From: Squalus acanthias | Lineage: Eukaryota | Length of the DNA stretch: 64,000 nucleotides | Assembly: GCA_030390025.1 (NCBI GenBank) | Contig: CM059432.1 | Span: 99,760,001 to 99,824,000, forward strand | Reading direction: 5' to 3' | Part shown: positions 50,817-63,650 of the stretch, piece by piece | How the letters are laid out: every line of letters starts with the position of its first letter | How positions within the stretch are numbered: the first letter of the stretch is position 1 | Notes under the pieces: model-generated | What the model saw: only the letters and a program-made list of their open reading frames with translations | Database searches by the model: none | Told to the model about the DNA's origin: nothing | Program-made: the position numbers and the translations under genes

Positions 50817-51995
50817 CGTATCCCTATCCTCTTCAGCAGAGCTTAGATACGAGCTGGCCCTCTGGTGAGCTGTTTCTTGGGCTTTCCAGCTACAACTGTT
50901 TCTACTCACTTGTACTTGGTGAATCACCCAGAGCAGAGCCCGTTAACTCACTATCTACACCAAATGCGATGTCAATTTCTGTGCTGGTGCTTGGAAGAGC
51001 AAGAGATAGCGACGGTGTATCTTAGGAATGGTTCTCCCCCTCAGTGCACTTGCATGGTCTGAGGCATCTGATGGACCTAGAAAAGTGGGAGAGGGACAAG
51101 TGTTAGAATGTAGTTGCAAGGATAAGCAGTAACAGGTAAGTGGCAACTAAGTTGACATGCTGAGTGTGCGAGTGTGAATGAATCATAGAATCATAGAAAT
51201 TTACGTCACAGAAGGAGGCCATTCGGCCCATTGTGTTTGTGTCGGCCGAAAGAGCTATCCAGCCTAATCCCACTTTCCAGCTCTTGGTCCATTGCCCTGT
51301 AGGTTACGGCACTTCAAGTGCATATCCAAGTACTTTTTAAATGCGTTGAGGGTTTCTGACTCTACCACCCTTTCAGGCAGTGAGTTCCAGATCCCCACCA
51401 CCCTCTGGGTGAAAAAAGTTCTCCTCAACTCCCCACTAATCCATCTCCCAATTATTTTAAATCTATGCCCCCTGGTTATTGACCTCTCTGCTAAGGGAAA
51501 AACGTCCTTCCTATCCATTCTATCTAGGCTCCTCATAATTTTATACACCTCAATCAAGTCTCCCCTCAGCCTCCTCTGTTCTAAAGAAAACAACACCACC
51601 TATCCAATCTTTCCTCATAGCTAAAATTATCCAGTCCTGGCAACATCCTCGTAAATATCCTCTGTAACCTCTCTAGTGCAATCACATCTTTCCTGTAATG
51701 TAGTGACCAGAACTGTACGCAATACTCGAGCTGCGGCCTAACTGGTGTTTTATACAGTTCAAGCGTAACTCCCTGCTCTCATATTCTATGCCTCGGCTAA
51801 TAAAGGAAAGCATCCTACATGCCTTCTTGACTACCTGTCCTACTACCTTTAGGGATCTGTGGACCTGCACTCCAAGGTCCATCTGTTTCTCTACACTTCT
51901 CTACCATTTATTGTATATCCCTTGCCTTGTTAGCCCTCCCCAAATGCATTACCTCACACTTCTCTGGATTGAATTCCATTTGCCACTGTTCTGCC

Positions 51996-52140
51996 CAGAG
52001 GCCGGTGTCGGGAGCAGCAGGAGAGTACAGTGAGTATTTAAACTCACTTTCGCGGGCTTTTTTACAGAGGCCGGTGTCAGGAGCAGCAGGAGAGTACAGT
52101 GAGTATTTAAACTCACTTTCGCGGGCTTTTTTTCAGAGGC
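51996..52140 (+). repeat. 69-bp tandem monomers (2 copies + 7 bp) at the CR1 5' end
   Basis: CAGAGGCCGGTGTC...GCGGGCTTTTTT starts at 51996, 52065 and 52134. Confidence 0.9.
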
Positions 52141-53564
52141 TTACCAATCTCGCAGACCGACGGCGGCGTTCCAGAGCCACGTCACAATACAAAAAGTGAT
52201 GCAGGCAAGAGGAAGCAGCTGATTGGGTGAGTACTTATACTATTCTATAGTTCGACAGTTAATGTTAATAGTTTATAAAAGTTTAGAAGGTCTTAATTTT
52301 TGTGGTTATAGTTTCTAAGGTCTCTGTTGTGTAGCGGGGAGTGCTAGTAAACAAGGGCCCTTGAGTATATCATTTAATTGTAGTGTAATTAGTGGTATTG
52401 ATTTGATATAATTTAATTTAAATTTATTAAAGGGTAAGTCATGGCAGCACAGCTCGGCCCCATGGCATGCTCCTCTCGCACTATGTGGGAAATCAGGGAC
52501 ACTTCCTGTGTCCCTCACGACCATGTGTGCGGGAAGTGTATCCAGCTGCAGCTACTGGCAGACTGCATTGCGGCGCTGGAGCTGTGAATGGATACAGACT
52601 GGAGCATTCGCGATGCTGAGGACGTCATGGATAGCACGTTTGATGAGTTGGTCACACCGCAGGTAAAGGCTACACAGGCAGGAAGGGAATGGGTGACCGC
52701 CAGGCAGAGTAGTATGTGCAGGCAGGTAGTGCAGGGGTCCCCTGTGACCATCCCCCTCTCAAACAGATACTGTTGGGGGAGACGGCATATCGGGGGAAGG
52801 CAGCAGCAGCCAACTTCCTGGTACCATGGGTGGTTCTGCTGCACAGGACGGGAGGAAAAAGAGCGGGAGAGTTATAGTGATAGGGGATTCTATTGTAAGG
52901 GGAATAGTTAGGCGTTTCTGCGGCCACAAATGAGACTCCAGGATGGTATGTTGCCTCCCTGGTGCAAGGGTCAAGGATGTCTCACGGCAGCTGCAGGGAT
53001 TCTGGAGTAGGAGGGTGAACAGCTAGTTGTCGTGGTGCATATAGGTACCAACGATATAGGTAAAAAATGGAATGAGGTCCTAAAAGCTGAATATAGGGAG
53101 TTAGGAGGTAAATTAAAAAATAGGACCTCAAAGGTAGTAATCTCAGGATTGCTACCAGTGCCACGTGCTAGTCAGAGTAGAAATAGAAGGATATTTCAGA
53201 TGAATACGTGGCTAGAGGAATGGTGCAAGGGGGAGGGATTCACATTCCTGGGACATTGGAACCGGTTCTGGGGGAGGTGGGACCAGTACAAATTGGACGG
53301 TTTGCACCTGGGCAGGACTGGGACCGATGTCCTTGGGGGAGTGTTTGCTCGTGCACCGGGGGAGGGTTTAAACTAAAATGGCAGGGGGTTGGGAACCTGA
53401 GCAGGGAGACAAAGGACAGGGAAACAAGGATAGAAGCAAAAGTCAGGAAGGAAAAAAACAAAGGTGTCAGTCAGAGAAATCAAGGGTTTAAATCAAACGT
53501 GGCCACAGTAAATAATAATTCTAAAAGGACTAAGAGTGTTAAAAAAAACAAGCCTGAAGGCTTT

Positions 53565-54457
53565 GGGGGAGAAATTCAGTATCGCCCCATTTGGGGCGCA
53601 ATTATCGGCCGGGCGCAAAGATTAGCGCCTGGCGCTAATTATCGCCACCGACTGCAAACTTGACTTTTATCGCCCCTGGAGGTGATTGCAGCGCTATATC
53701 AGGCACTTCACACCTGTCTTAAGGCGCAAAGGCCGAGGAGCGAGGCGCTACCTCAGAGCGCTGGCGAAGCTCATGTAATGTCAGTCAGCAATGGAACACA
53801 CACACAATGGCACGGGCCAGTTCTTAAAGGGGATGGTTAATCTTGCTTTCCATCCACATCCTGCTCATTGCAGCCTTGAATCTCGGCCTGGAGAGACTTG
53901 CACATCAAATGTGCTAGAAAGAACAATGGAGAGTACCAGGCAAAGAGCTCAGAGTGCAGCCCCCACAGTCTCTGCTAAATCGATACAAGGAATGGCAAAT
54001 CAAAATGAACCTGCAAAGTGCTGCTCAGTACCCAAAACTCCTTCACATAAGGTTGAATCTCTCCAGAAGTCTCTCCCTCTCTCTCTCAGAATGCGTAGTT
54101 CAAAAATGGCACCAACAATAAAAGGCAGGAAGCGGTCACCTTTAAATAGCGCTCCCCCTTTCCCTTCATGACTGCAGAACGCTCCCCTCAACCTGTCGTT
54201 GCTAGCGTCAGGCGGTAAGGCAGGGGGCGCCACTCAATATCCGCTCCGGGGCGATACCGGGGCGTTGCGCACTCGACTGACGTCATGATCTGCCGGCGCA
54301 GGAGATCGTGGTGGTAGTGTTTAGCACTGCCGCAAAATGTCTAGTTAATTTCGCGAGCGGCGCAAACCTCGCTGCGCCTGGGCGCTAGATGCTTTGCGCC
54401 CCATTAGCGCCCTCTTAAGGCGCTAACGGGAGGCGCAACCAACTGAATTTTTCCCCC
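53565..54457 (+). mobile_element. Family B Harbinger MITE (893 bp)
   Basis: TIR GGGGGAGAAATTCAGT / ACTGAATTTTTCCCCC, TSD TTT. Confidence 0.95.
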
Positions 54458-55472
54458 TTTGTGTCTTAATGCAAGGAGCATTCATAATAAGGTGGATGAA
54501 TTAGCTGCGCAAATAGACGTAAACAGATATGATATAATTGAGATTATGGAGACATGGCTCCAGGGTGACCAAGGCTGGGAATTCAACATCCAGGTGTATT
54601 CAATATTCAGGAAGGACAGGCAAAAAGGAAAAGGAGGTGGGGTAGCATTGCTGGTTAAAGAGGAGATTAACACAATAGTAAGGAAGGATATTAGCTCTGA
54701 TGATGTGGAATCTGTATGAGTAGAGCTGAGAAATACCAAGGGGCAGAAAACGTTAGTGGGAGTTGTATACAGACCCCCAAACAGTAATGCTGAGGTTGGG
54801 GATGGCATTAAATGGGAAATTAGAGACACGTGCAATAAGGGCACAGCAGTTATCATGGGTGACTTTAATCTACATATAGATTGGGCTAACCAAATTAGTA
54901 ACAATACTGTGGAGGAGGAATTCCTAGAGTGTATATGGAATGGTTTCCTGGACCAATATGTCGAGGAACCAACTAGAGATCAGGCCATCTTAGACTGGGT
55001 ATTATGTAATGAGAAAGAATTAATTAGCAATCTTGTTGTGCGAGGCCCCTTGGGGAGGAGCGATCATAATATGATAGAATTCTTCATTAAGATGGAGAGT
55101 GAAGTAGTTGACTCAGGGGTAGAAATTAGGTCGCGCCCCATTTCGGGCGCAAATATCGTCCGAGCGCAAATATTAGCGCCTGGCGCTAATTATCGGCACT
55201 GACAGGAAACTTCACTTTTACCGCCCCGGGAGGTGAGTGGAGCGCTAAATTAGGCGCTGCACACCTCTCTTAAGGCGCAAAGGCCTAGGAGTGAGGCGCT
55301 ACCTCAGCGCACGAGCGCAGCGCAGCTGCTGCCAGTTAGCGAGGTAACACAGACACACTGGCGCCGGACACTTCTTAAAGCGGGGGGGGCCACTTGCTCC
55401 CCAGCCACACCCTGCTCATTGCAGCCTTGAATCTCAGCCTGGAGAGACCTGTAATCCATTTTGCTGCCAAGC

Positions 55473-57297
55473 ATGGAGAGGGTGAGAGAACGCGCTCATC
55501 GCTTCACCGAGCGGGCTTTGGATGCTCTGGTTGGCGCAGTGGAGCGCAGACGATGCATGCTGTTCCCGGAGAGTGGCAGGAGGCCTTTGCCACGCGAGTT
55601 CAGAAGAGTGTGGAGGGAGGTGGCTCAGAGCGTCTCCTCCAGGAGCATGGTGCCCAGGACCCATGTTCAGTGCCGCAAAAAATTCAACGACCTCACTCGG
55701 GTCGTCAGGGTGAGTGGCTTTTTCTCAATACCTCTCCATCCCTCCATCTCAACCTCACTATATGGCCAGAGGGTCTTAAAACCCCAATGCACAACACTCA
55801 TGCAACACCTATGGACCTTTCATCAAACACACACACACATTCCACACTTTGCATACAGTAAGGGCTATTCACCTATGGGAGGCACATCAGGCAAGACCAT
55901 GGCTGCATATTGTAAGGGCTATTCACCTATGGGAGGCACATCAGGCAAGACCATGGCTGTATATTGACTCAGATGCTGTCCTTTTTCTTGCAGGCTAAGC
56001 TGGCTCATAATCGGAGACAGCAGCAACGGACGGGTGGAGGGCGGCTTCAGCTGCAACCCCTCAGCGATCTGGAGGAGCGCGTCCACAGGATTGTGGCAAG
56101 CCGGGTGATCGGTCCCGTCGCCACTGGGGACGCCGACCCCGTTGTGGACAGCAATGGTAAGGTCATCACCTTTTTGTCCTCTGTCCTTCCACTTGTCCCT
56201 CACAATACCAGCCTTTGACACTTTCAATCCAACTTGCTAACTCGCTGCACTTATTCCTCCCTTACTGCCACCCTGTCCTCATGCTAAAGCCACTCTTGTA
56301 CCTCCCTGCTTTCAGATGGTGATTCACCAGCTGAGGAGATGGTCCCTGAAGCTGCCACTGGGAGTGATGCTGCAGCTGAGGAGGAAGAGGAAGCCGGAGC
56401 ATCAGTGCCACCCTCTCCCGAGGAAGCCCATGGCCACACTGGGAACACGCCTTCCCCGGAGGGGAGCAGGGGGGAAGGGGCTGATGATGGTGAAGCTCCA
56501 GGACCCAGCGGGCTGCAGCAACGCCATGGGGGGGGGGGAGGGAAGAACGGGAGCCTTCTCCCCAGAGGGAGAGTATGCCAGACACTCCTACTGCAATGGA
56601 CGCAGAGGAGGAGCGGCTGATTGCAGAAATGAACAGCCAGGCGGTGGGCATGCACACTGAGCTCATGGGTGCAGTGGGAAGGGTGCCCGACTGCATTGAG
56701 GCACTGGCAAGGAGTGTGGAGCACTTCGCTGTAGCACAGGCGGATGCCACACTAAAGCTTAGTGCTGCAATTCAGTCACTGGCTGCCAGGAACCCATCTG
56801 AGACTGCTCTCATGCAGACTCAGATTGAGGCCACGCGAGCACTGACTGCTGCCATCCTCGATGGTTCGTGCACATGTCCCCGGGGCTGTCACCGCGCCGC
56901 AGCAGGCCAGCAATCTGTTCTCCGGCAAATTGCTCCGGATGCTGAAGTGCTGCCCCGTGGGAGTGCCAGTGTGTCGGGCGAGCAGGGAGTTGCTGTCCTC
57001 TCTCACGATGACAGCATTCCTGCTGCCAACACTGTCACTTCTCCACTGCACTTGCCACCGCCTGTAGGACAGACTGCTGCCGCCCATGCAGAGTTGGTGC
57101 AGTCTGCAGCCGGGCCCTCCAGGCCCAGAAGTGGTCGAGGCCGTCCTTCAGGGGCATCTGCAGTGTCAGGGTCTGACGAGCAGCAGCCTTCCACCAGCCT
57201 TGCTGCAGCCACTGAGGTCCCATTACGGAGGAGCAGTAGGGTTAGAAGGGGGGAAGTGCGCAAGGGAAGGAGATCATCCTTGAAGGGCAAAAAGTAG
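55473..57297 (+). pseudogene. Harbinger Myb/SANT gene, exons 55473-55709, 55994-56156, 56316-57297; single frameshift at G11 (56528-56538)
   Basis: Complete QCRKKFNDL motif; GT-AG introns; basic C-terminus RRSSRVRRGEVRKGRR. Confidence 0.85.
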
Positions 57298-57591
57298 GAG
57301 GTGTGCCAAAATGCTGGTCATTTTTTTATTAAAGGCCGAGGTTCATGGCCCAACTTTTGTTTAGTGTTTTGGACATTATCTCCAGGTTGTGAGAACCAGT
57401 TATGTTATTGACTGTTTTTTTGTGTTTATTTCTATGAGTTTGTCATGAGGAATTGACACACACAGAGTTTGTACAATAAATAAGTTTCTGTATTCAAAAT
57501 ATACATGGCTGGTGGTTGGAATTATTGGTGCCTTGGCCGGCTTAGGGGTTGCGTGCTGGGTTGATTCGTGTTTGTAGCAATGGCAGGGGCC

Positions 57592-58752
57592 CTAGAAGCG
57601 GCTTGCTATTAGTCGTTGACGGACGGCCCTTGCAGTTTGACCATTGTGGGCCGCCCTCCTGCCTTGGTGCTGCTGCTGATCATCGTCCTCGTCCTGTTCC
57701 TCCTCTTCCTCCTCCTCCTCTTGTGGTGCTGCAAGGCCTGGTGGCATTGGCTGCGTCCTGAGGATTGCCATGTTGTGCAACATGCAGCACACGACTACGA
57801 AGTTCGAAACTTGCTCAGGCGAGTACTGCAGGGCTCCTCCGGAATGGTCCAGACAGCGGAATCGTTGTTTCAGCACGCCGATTGTGCGCTCAATAATGTT
57901 CCTGGTTGCTTGATGGCTTTCCTGGTACCGCAGCTCAGCAGGGGTGTTTGGCGCACGGAGCGGTGTCATCAGCCAGGTGCTCAATGCGTACCCCTTGTCC
58001 CCCAGAAGCCAACCAACTGGCTGATGCGGTGCCTCGAAAATTTCTGCCACAGTACTCTGGCGCAGGATGAAAGCATCGTGGCAGCTGCCCGGATAGTGGG
58101 CATTGACAGCGAGAATCACCTGTCTGTGGTCACAGACCAACTGCACATTCAAGGAATGGAACCCCTTTCTGTTCCGGAACTCCTCTGCATTCTCTCGCGG
58201 AGCACGCAAAGCCACATGCGTGCAGTCAATGGCGCCCTGCACCATGGGGAAGCCCGCTACCCTCGCAAAGCCCATAGCACGGTCATGCTGCTTGTCTGGG
58301 GTCATAGGGAAAGAGATGAAGTCTCGTCTCCTTCTGAAGAGGGCATTGGTGACCTGCCGGATGCAGCGATGCACCGCAAACTGGGAGATATTGGCGAGGT
58401 CCCCAACAGCAACTTGGAATGAGCCAGTGGCGTAGAAGTTCAAAGCCATTGTGACCTTCACTGCCACCGACAGAGACGTCCTGGACCTCAGCTGAGGCTG
58501 CAGATCTGGCTGCAGCAGGTGGCAGAGCTCAGTGACAACCTCCTTGCTGAATCGCAGCCTTCACAAACACAGCTCCTCGGACATATGGATGTAGGAGAGC
58601 TGTTCACGATATACCCTGGGAGGGTAAGCTCTCCTGTACATGCGCCTGATGGCCCTCCTCCGTCTGGCCATCATTGCCACTCTCTGTCTGCGTCTCACTA
58701 TCCTCCGATTGAGCTGGAGCAGGACGACGCCCCCAATCATTGCAGCCCCCAT
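57592..58752 (-). pseudogene. Harbinger DDE transposase with one CGA>TGA nonsense at 58561-58563
   Basis: ORFs 58561-58752 and 57592-58467 are in one frame; GAIDCTHV, VCDH, HDAFIL, GDKGY and IERTIG motifs are all present. Confidence 0.92.
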
Positions 58753-58947
58753 ATTCTCTTTGCCAGAAAAGTAATGAGGTACAGCAACTAAAGTAGCAGC
58801 AAAGTTAGGATGAACTAGGCCAAACTACCTCACAAAGCGTTGAGTCAATGTAGAAGTCTCTCTCTCTCTCTCTCCGAATCTCTCTCTCTCTCTCAGAACG
58901 AGTGGTGCATAAATGTCGACCACAGAAAAAGACAGGAAGAGGCCCCC

Positions 58948-59092
58948 TTTAAATAGCGCCCCCCCCAGCCCCACACCGATTGATAACGTTCCAGTCTTCC
59001 GGTCGTTGGAAGCGCCAGGCGGTAAGGCAGGGGGCGCCACTGAATTTCCGCTCCGGGGCGCCCCAAGGGCGTTGCACCATGGAATGACGTCA
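58948..59092 (-). promoter_or_regulatory. Putative transposase promoter: TATTTAAA box and upstream TGACGTCA (CRE-like) site
   Basis: TATTTAAA upstream of the transposase in H1 (1401), H2 (24901), H3 (40881), H4 (58948) and in all three MITEs; TGACGTCA at 59085, 36861, 54278, 62898. Confidence 0.5.
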
Positions 59093-62000
59093 CAATCTGC
59101 GCGCGCAGGTGGTCGCAGTGGTAAGCTTTTAGCGCCGCCGCACAATCTCAAGTTAAGTTCTCGAGCGGCGCAAACAGCGCTGCGCCCGGGCGTTAGCGGC
59201 TTAACGCCCCATTAGCGCCCTCTTAAGGCGCTAACGGGAGGCACAACCAACTGAATTTTTCCCCCTCAGAGACTAGGGTCCTGAATTTAAATAAAGGAAA
59301 CTTGGATGGTATGAGGTGCGAGTTGGCTAGGATGGATTGGGGAATGTTAATTAAAGGGTTGACGGTGGATAGGCAATGGTAAACATTTAAAGATCGCATG
59401 GATGAACTACAGAATTTGTTCATCCCTGTTTGGCATAAAAATAAAACAAAAAAGGTGACTCAACCGTGGCTAACAAGGGAAATTAGGGATAGCATAAGAT
59501 CCAAGGAGAGGACATATAAATTGGCCAGAAAAAGCAGCAAACCTGAGGATTGGGAGCAGTTTAGGATTCAGCAAAGGAGGACAAAGGGATTAATTAAGAG
59601 GGGGGAAATAGAGTATGAGAGTAAGCTTGCTGGTAACATAAAAACTGACTGTAAAAGCTTCTATAGATATGTGAAGAGAAAAAGATTGGTTAAGTCAAGC
59701 GTAGGTCCCTTGCTGTCAGAATCAGGGGAATTTATATTGGGGAACAAAGATTGGCTGACCAATTAAATACATACTTTGGTTCTGTCTTCACAAAGGAGGA
59801 CACAAATAAACTCCCAGAGATGTCGGGGAACATTGGGTCTAATGAGAGGGTGAAACTGAATGAAATCAGTATTTGTAGGGAAATGGTGTTAGGGAAATTG
59901 ATGGGATTGAAGGCCGATAAATTCCCAGGGCCTGATAATCTACATCCAAGGGTACTTAAGGAAGTGGCCCTAGAAATAGTAGATGCATTGCTGGTCATCT
60001 TCCAAAATTCAATAGACTCTGGAACAGTACCCATGGATTGGAGGGTAGCTAATGTAACCTCACTATTTAAAAAAGGTGATAGAGAGAAAACGGGGAATTA
60101 TAGACCGGTAAGCCTGACATCGGTAGTGGGGAAAATGCAGGAGTCCTTTAAAAAAGATGTAATAGCAGAGCACTTGGAAAACAGTGACAGGATCGGACAA
60201 AGTCAACATGGATTTACAAAAGGTAATACTGGAATTTTTTGAGGATGTAACTGGTAGAATGGATAAGGGAGAACCAGTGGATGTAGTGTATTTGGACTTT
60301 TAGAAGGCTTTCGATAAGGTCCCGCATAAGAGATTAGCGTGCAAAGTTAAAGCACATGGGATTGGGGGTAAGGTACTGACTTGGATAGAGAACTGGTTGG
60401 CAGACAGGAAGCAAAGAGTTGGAATAAACGGATCTTTTTCCGAGTGGCAGGCCATGACTAGTGGGGTACCTCAGGGATCGGTGCTAGGACCCCAGCTATT
60501 CACAATATATATTAATGAGCTAGACGAGGGAACTAGATGTAATATCTCCAAGTTTGCAGACGACACAAAGCTGAGTGGGCATGTGTGCTGTGAGGAGGAT
60601 GCAGAGAAACTCCAGTATGATTTGGACAGGTTGGGTGATTGGGCAGATGCATGGCAGATGCAGTATAATGTGGATAAATGCGAGGTTATCCACTTTGGTG
60701 GCAAAAACAGGAAGATAGATTATTATCTGAACAACAATAGATTGGGAAAAAGGGGAAGTGCAATGAGACCTGGGTGTCCTTGTGCACTAGTCGCTGAAGG
60801 TAAGCATGCAGGTGCAGCAAGCGGTTAAGAAGGCAAATGGTATGTTGGCCTTCATAGCGAGAGGATTTGAGTACAGGAGCAAGGATGTCTTGCTGCAGTT
60901 GTACAGGGCCTTGGTGAGACCACACCTTGAGTATTGTGTGCAGTTTTGGTCGCCTTATCTGAGGAAGGATGTTCTTGCCATGGAGGGAGTGCAGCGAGGA
61001 TTCACCAGACTGATACCTGGGATGGCAGGAATGATGTATGAAGAGAGATTGGGACGATTGGGCTTGTATTCGCTAGAGTTTAGAAGAATGAGAGGGGATC
61101 TCATTGAAACTTATAAAATTCTAACAGGACTAGACAGACTAGATGCAGGAAGGATGTTCCTGATGGCGGGGGAGTCCAGACCCAGGGGTCACAGTCTAAG
61201 GATAAGGGATAAGCCATTTAGGACTGAGATGAGGAGGAATTTCTTCACCCAGAGAGTGGTGAAGCTGTGGAATTCTCTACCACAGAAGGCAGTTGAGGCC
61301 AATTCATTAAATATATTCAAGAAGGAGTTAGATATATTCCTTAAGGCTAAAGGGATCAAGGGATATGGGGAGAAAGCAGGGACAGGGTACTGAATTTGGA
61401 TGATCAGCCATGATCTCATTAAATGGCGGAACAGGCTCGAGGGGCCGAAAGGCCTACTCCTGCTCCTATCTTCTATGTTTCTATGTGACCAGTCCATTGA
61501 TATCTTCCTGCATGCTACAGCTTTCTTCCTCACTATCAACCACACGACCAATTTTTGTATCATCTGCAAACTTCTTAATCATTGAAGTCTAAATCATTGA
61601 TATATATCACAAAAAGCAAGGGACCTAGTACTGAGTCCTGCGAAACCCCACTGGAAACAGCCTTCCAGTCACAAAAACAGTTGTCAACCATTACCCTTTA
61701 CTTCCTGCCACTGAGCCAATTTTGGATCTAATTTGCCACTTTCCCTTGGTTCCCATGGGCTTTTACTTTTCTGACCAGTCTGCCATGTGGGGCCTTAACA
61801 AAAGCCTTGCTAAAATCCATGTAGACTACATCAAACGTGTTCCCTCAGCGACCCTCCTTGTTACCTCCTCAAAAAATTCAATCAAGTTAATCAGACACGA
61901 CATCCCTTAACAAACCCATGCTGACTGTCCTTGATTAATCGATGCTTTTCTAAATGATGATTAATACTGTCCCTCAGAATTTTTTCCAATAATTTGCTCA

Positions 62001-62730
62001 CCACCGAGGTTAGGCTGACTTGTCTGCAATTACTCGGTTTACCCCTTTCTCCCTTTTTTAAACCATGATACAATGTTAGCAGTCCTCCAGTCCTCCGGCA
62101 CCACACCTGTAGCCAGAGAAGATTGAAAAAATGATGGTCAGAGCCTCCGCTATTTCCTCCCTTGCTTCTCTTAACCTGGGATACATTTCTTCCAAGTCTG
62201 CAGATTTATCTGCTAATGAGTGAAAAGGTTAACTAGAAAGAGAAAATGTAGGGAAAATCCCCACATATCCTGCTATGCGTGGGCTCCAGCCTCGCCATCT
62301 CCAATGCTCTCTCTGCAAATGTTGTTTCAGGGAAAAAAAGCAGAAGGAATATCTTATTGAAGAAAAGGCTAAATAAATTAAGGCAGAGTGAAATGTCGTT
62401 ATCCTGTGCCTCCAGCCTGGTGCCACACTCCAAGACAGCATGGTTGGAGAATTAGCACAACAGTGTTGTAGCTCTATCTCTAATGCATGATCTCTCTAAT
62501 CACAGCTCCCTCTGGGAGCCCTGGATCATTAAATTTACCCTCAATACAATGCCAGGTTTTAATCGTAAAATAAAAAATGGAATGCTTGTGCATGCAGGAA
62601 CTCGTTATATTTTGCTTGCACAGCATTCAAAGGATCAATAAAGTCGGTGCAGCGCAATATTTTTAGCACATTCCCCGACACTACAATCATAAAGTTGGTA
62701 AAGAGATTTTACGAATTAATAAAATATTTG

Positions 62731-63615
62731 GGTGGAAAAATTCAGTTGCTTTGCGCCTCCTGTCAGCGCCCTAATTGGGCGCTAATGGGGCGCAAAGCAA
62801 CTAGCGCCCAGGCGCGGCGGTGTTTGCGCCGCTCGCAAAATTGACCAGACATTTTGCGGCGGCGCTAAACACTACCGCCACAATCTCCTGCAGATCATGA
62901 CGTCAGTTGAGCGTGCAACGCCCGGTAGCGCCTCAGACCGGATATTGAATGGCGCCCCCTGCCTCACCGCCTGCCGCTAGCAACGACAGGTTGAGGGGAG
63001 TGTTTTGCAGTCGGGAAGGGATCGGGGGAGCGCTATTTAAAGGCGACTGCTTCCTGCCTTTTTTTGTCGGCGACATTTTTGCACCAGGCATTCTGAGAGA
63101 GAGAGAGTGCCTTCTGGAGAGATTCAACGCTGTAGGAAGGAGTTTTGGGTACTGAGCAGCACTTTGCAGGTTCATTTTGATTTGACCTTCCTTGCATCGA
63201 TTTAGAAGAAACCGTGGGGGCTGCACTCTGAGCTCTTTCCCTGGGTCTCTCCATTGTTCTTTCCAGCAGATTTGATGTACAGGTCTCTCCAGGCCGAGAT
63301 TCAAGGCTGCAATGAGCAGGATGTGGATGGAGAGCAAGATCGACCCTCCCCTTTAAGAACTGGCCGGCGCCAGTGTGTCTGTGTTCCATTGCTGACTGAC
63401 ATCACATGAGCTTCGCCAGCGCTCTGAGGTAGCGCCTTGCTCCTCGGTGTTAGCGCCTTAAGACAGTTGTGTAGCGCCTGATTTAGCGCTCCAATCACCT
63501 CCAGGGGCAATAGAAGCTAAGTTTGCAGTCAGAGGTGATAATTAGCGCCAGGCGCTAAACTTTGCGCCCGGGCGATAATTGCGCCCCAAATGGGGTGATA
63601 CCGAATTTCTCCCTT
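62731..63615 (-). mobile_element. Family B Harbinger MITE, inverted, more diverged
   Basis: Reverse complement of 53565-54457; TSD TTG (62728-62730, 63616-63618). Confidence 0.92.
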
Positions 63616-63650
63616 TTGCTTTCCATTTTCTAAGATATTTGCCAAGATAT

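Larger units (their letters stand above)
55116..59265 (+). mobile_element. PIF/Harbinger transposon copy H4 (family B), full length 4150 bp
   Basis: TIR GGGGTAGAAATT / AATTTTTCCCCC, exact TSD TCA (55113-55115, 59266-59268). Confidence 0.96.
51996..61486 (+). mobile_element. Full-length CR1 LINE (5'UTR, ORF1 52441-53376, ORF2 to 61393, tail), decayed and carrying two Harbinger insertions
   Basis: Cys-rich + esterase ORF1; EN 54458-55115; RT 59266-61393; LKAL|CLNARSI and EVVDS|ETRVLNL are restored on removing the inserts. Confidence 0.92.
51181..62205 (-). mobile_element. CR1 RT fragment (51181-51995 and 61487-62205) split by a full-length CR1
   Basis: ORFs 51264-51599, 51682-51882, 61891-62106; ATCATAGA tail; sequence is continuous across the insert (ctgccc...tgaccagtccattg). 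Confidence 0.85.

Noticed and set aside
51996..52140. CRISPR-like or prokaryotic repeat array
   Set aside because: Head-to-tail units with no spacers, at a LINE 5' end in a eukaryotic context; no cas-like ORFs.
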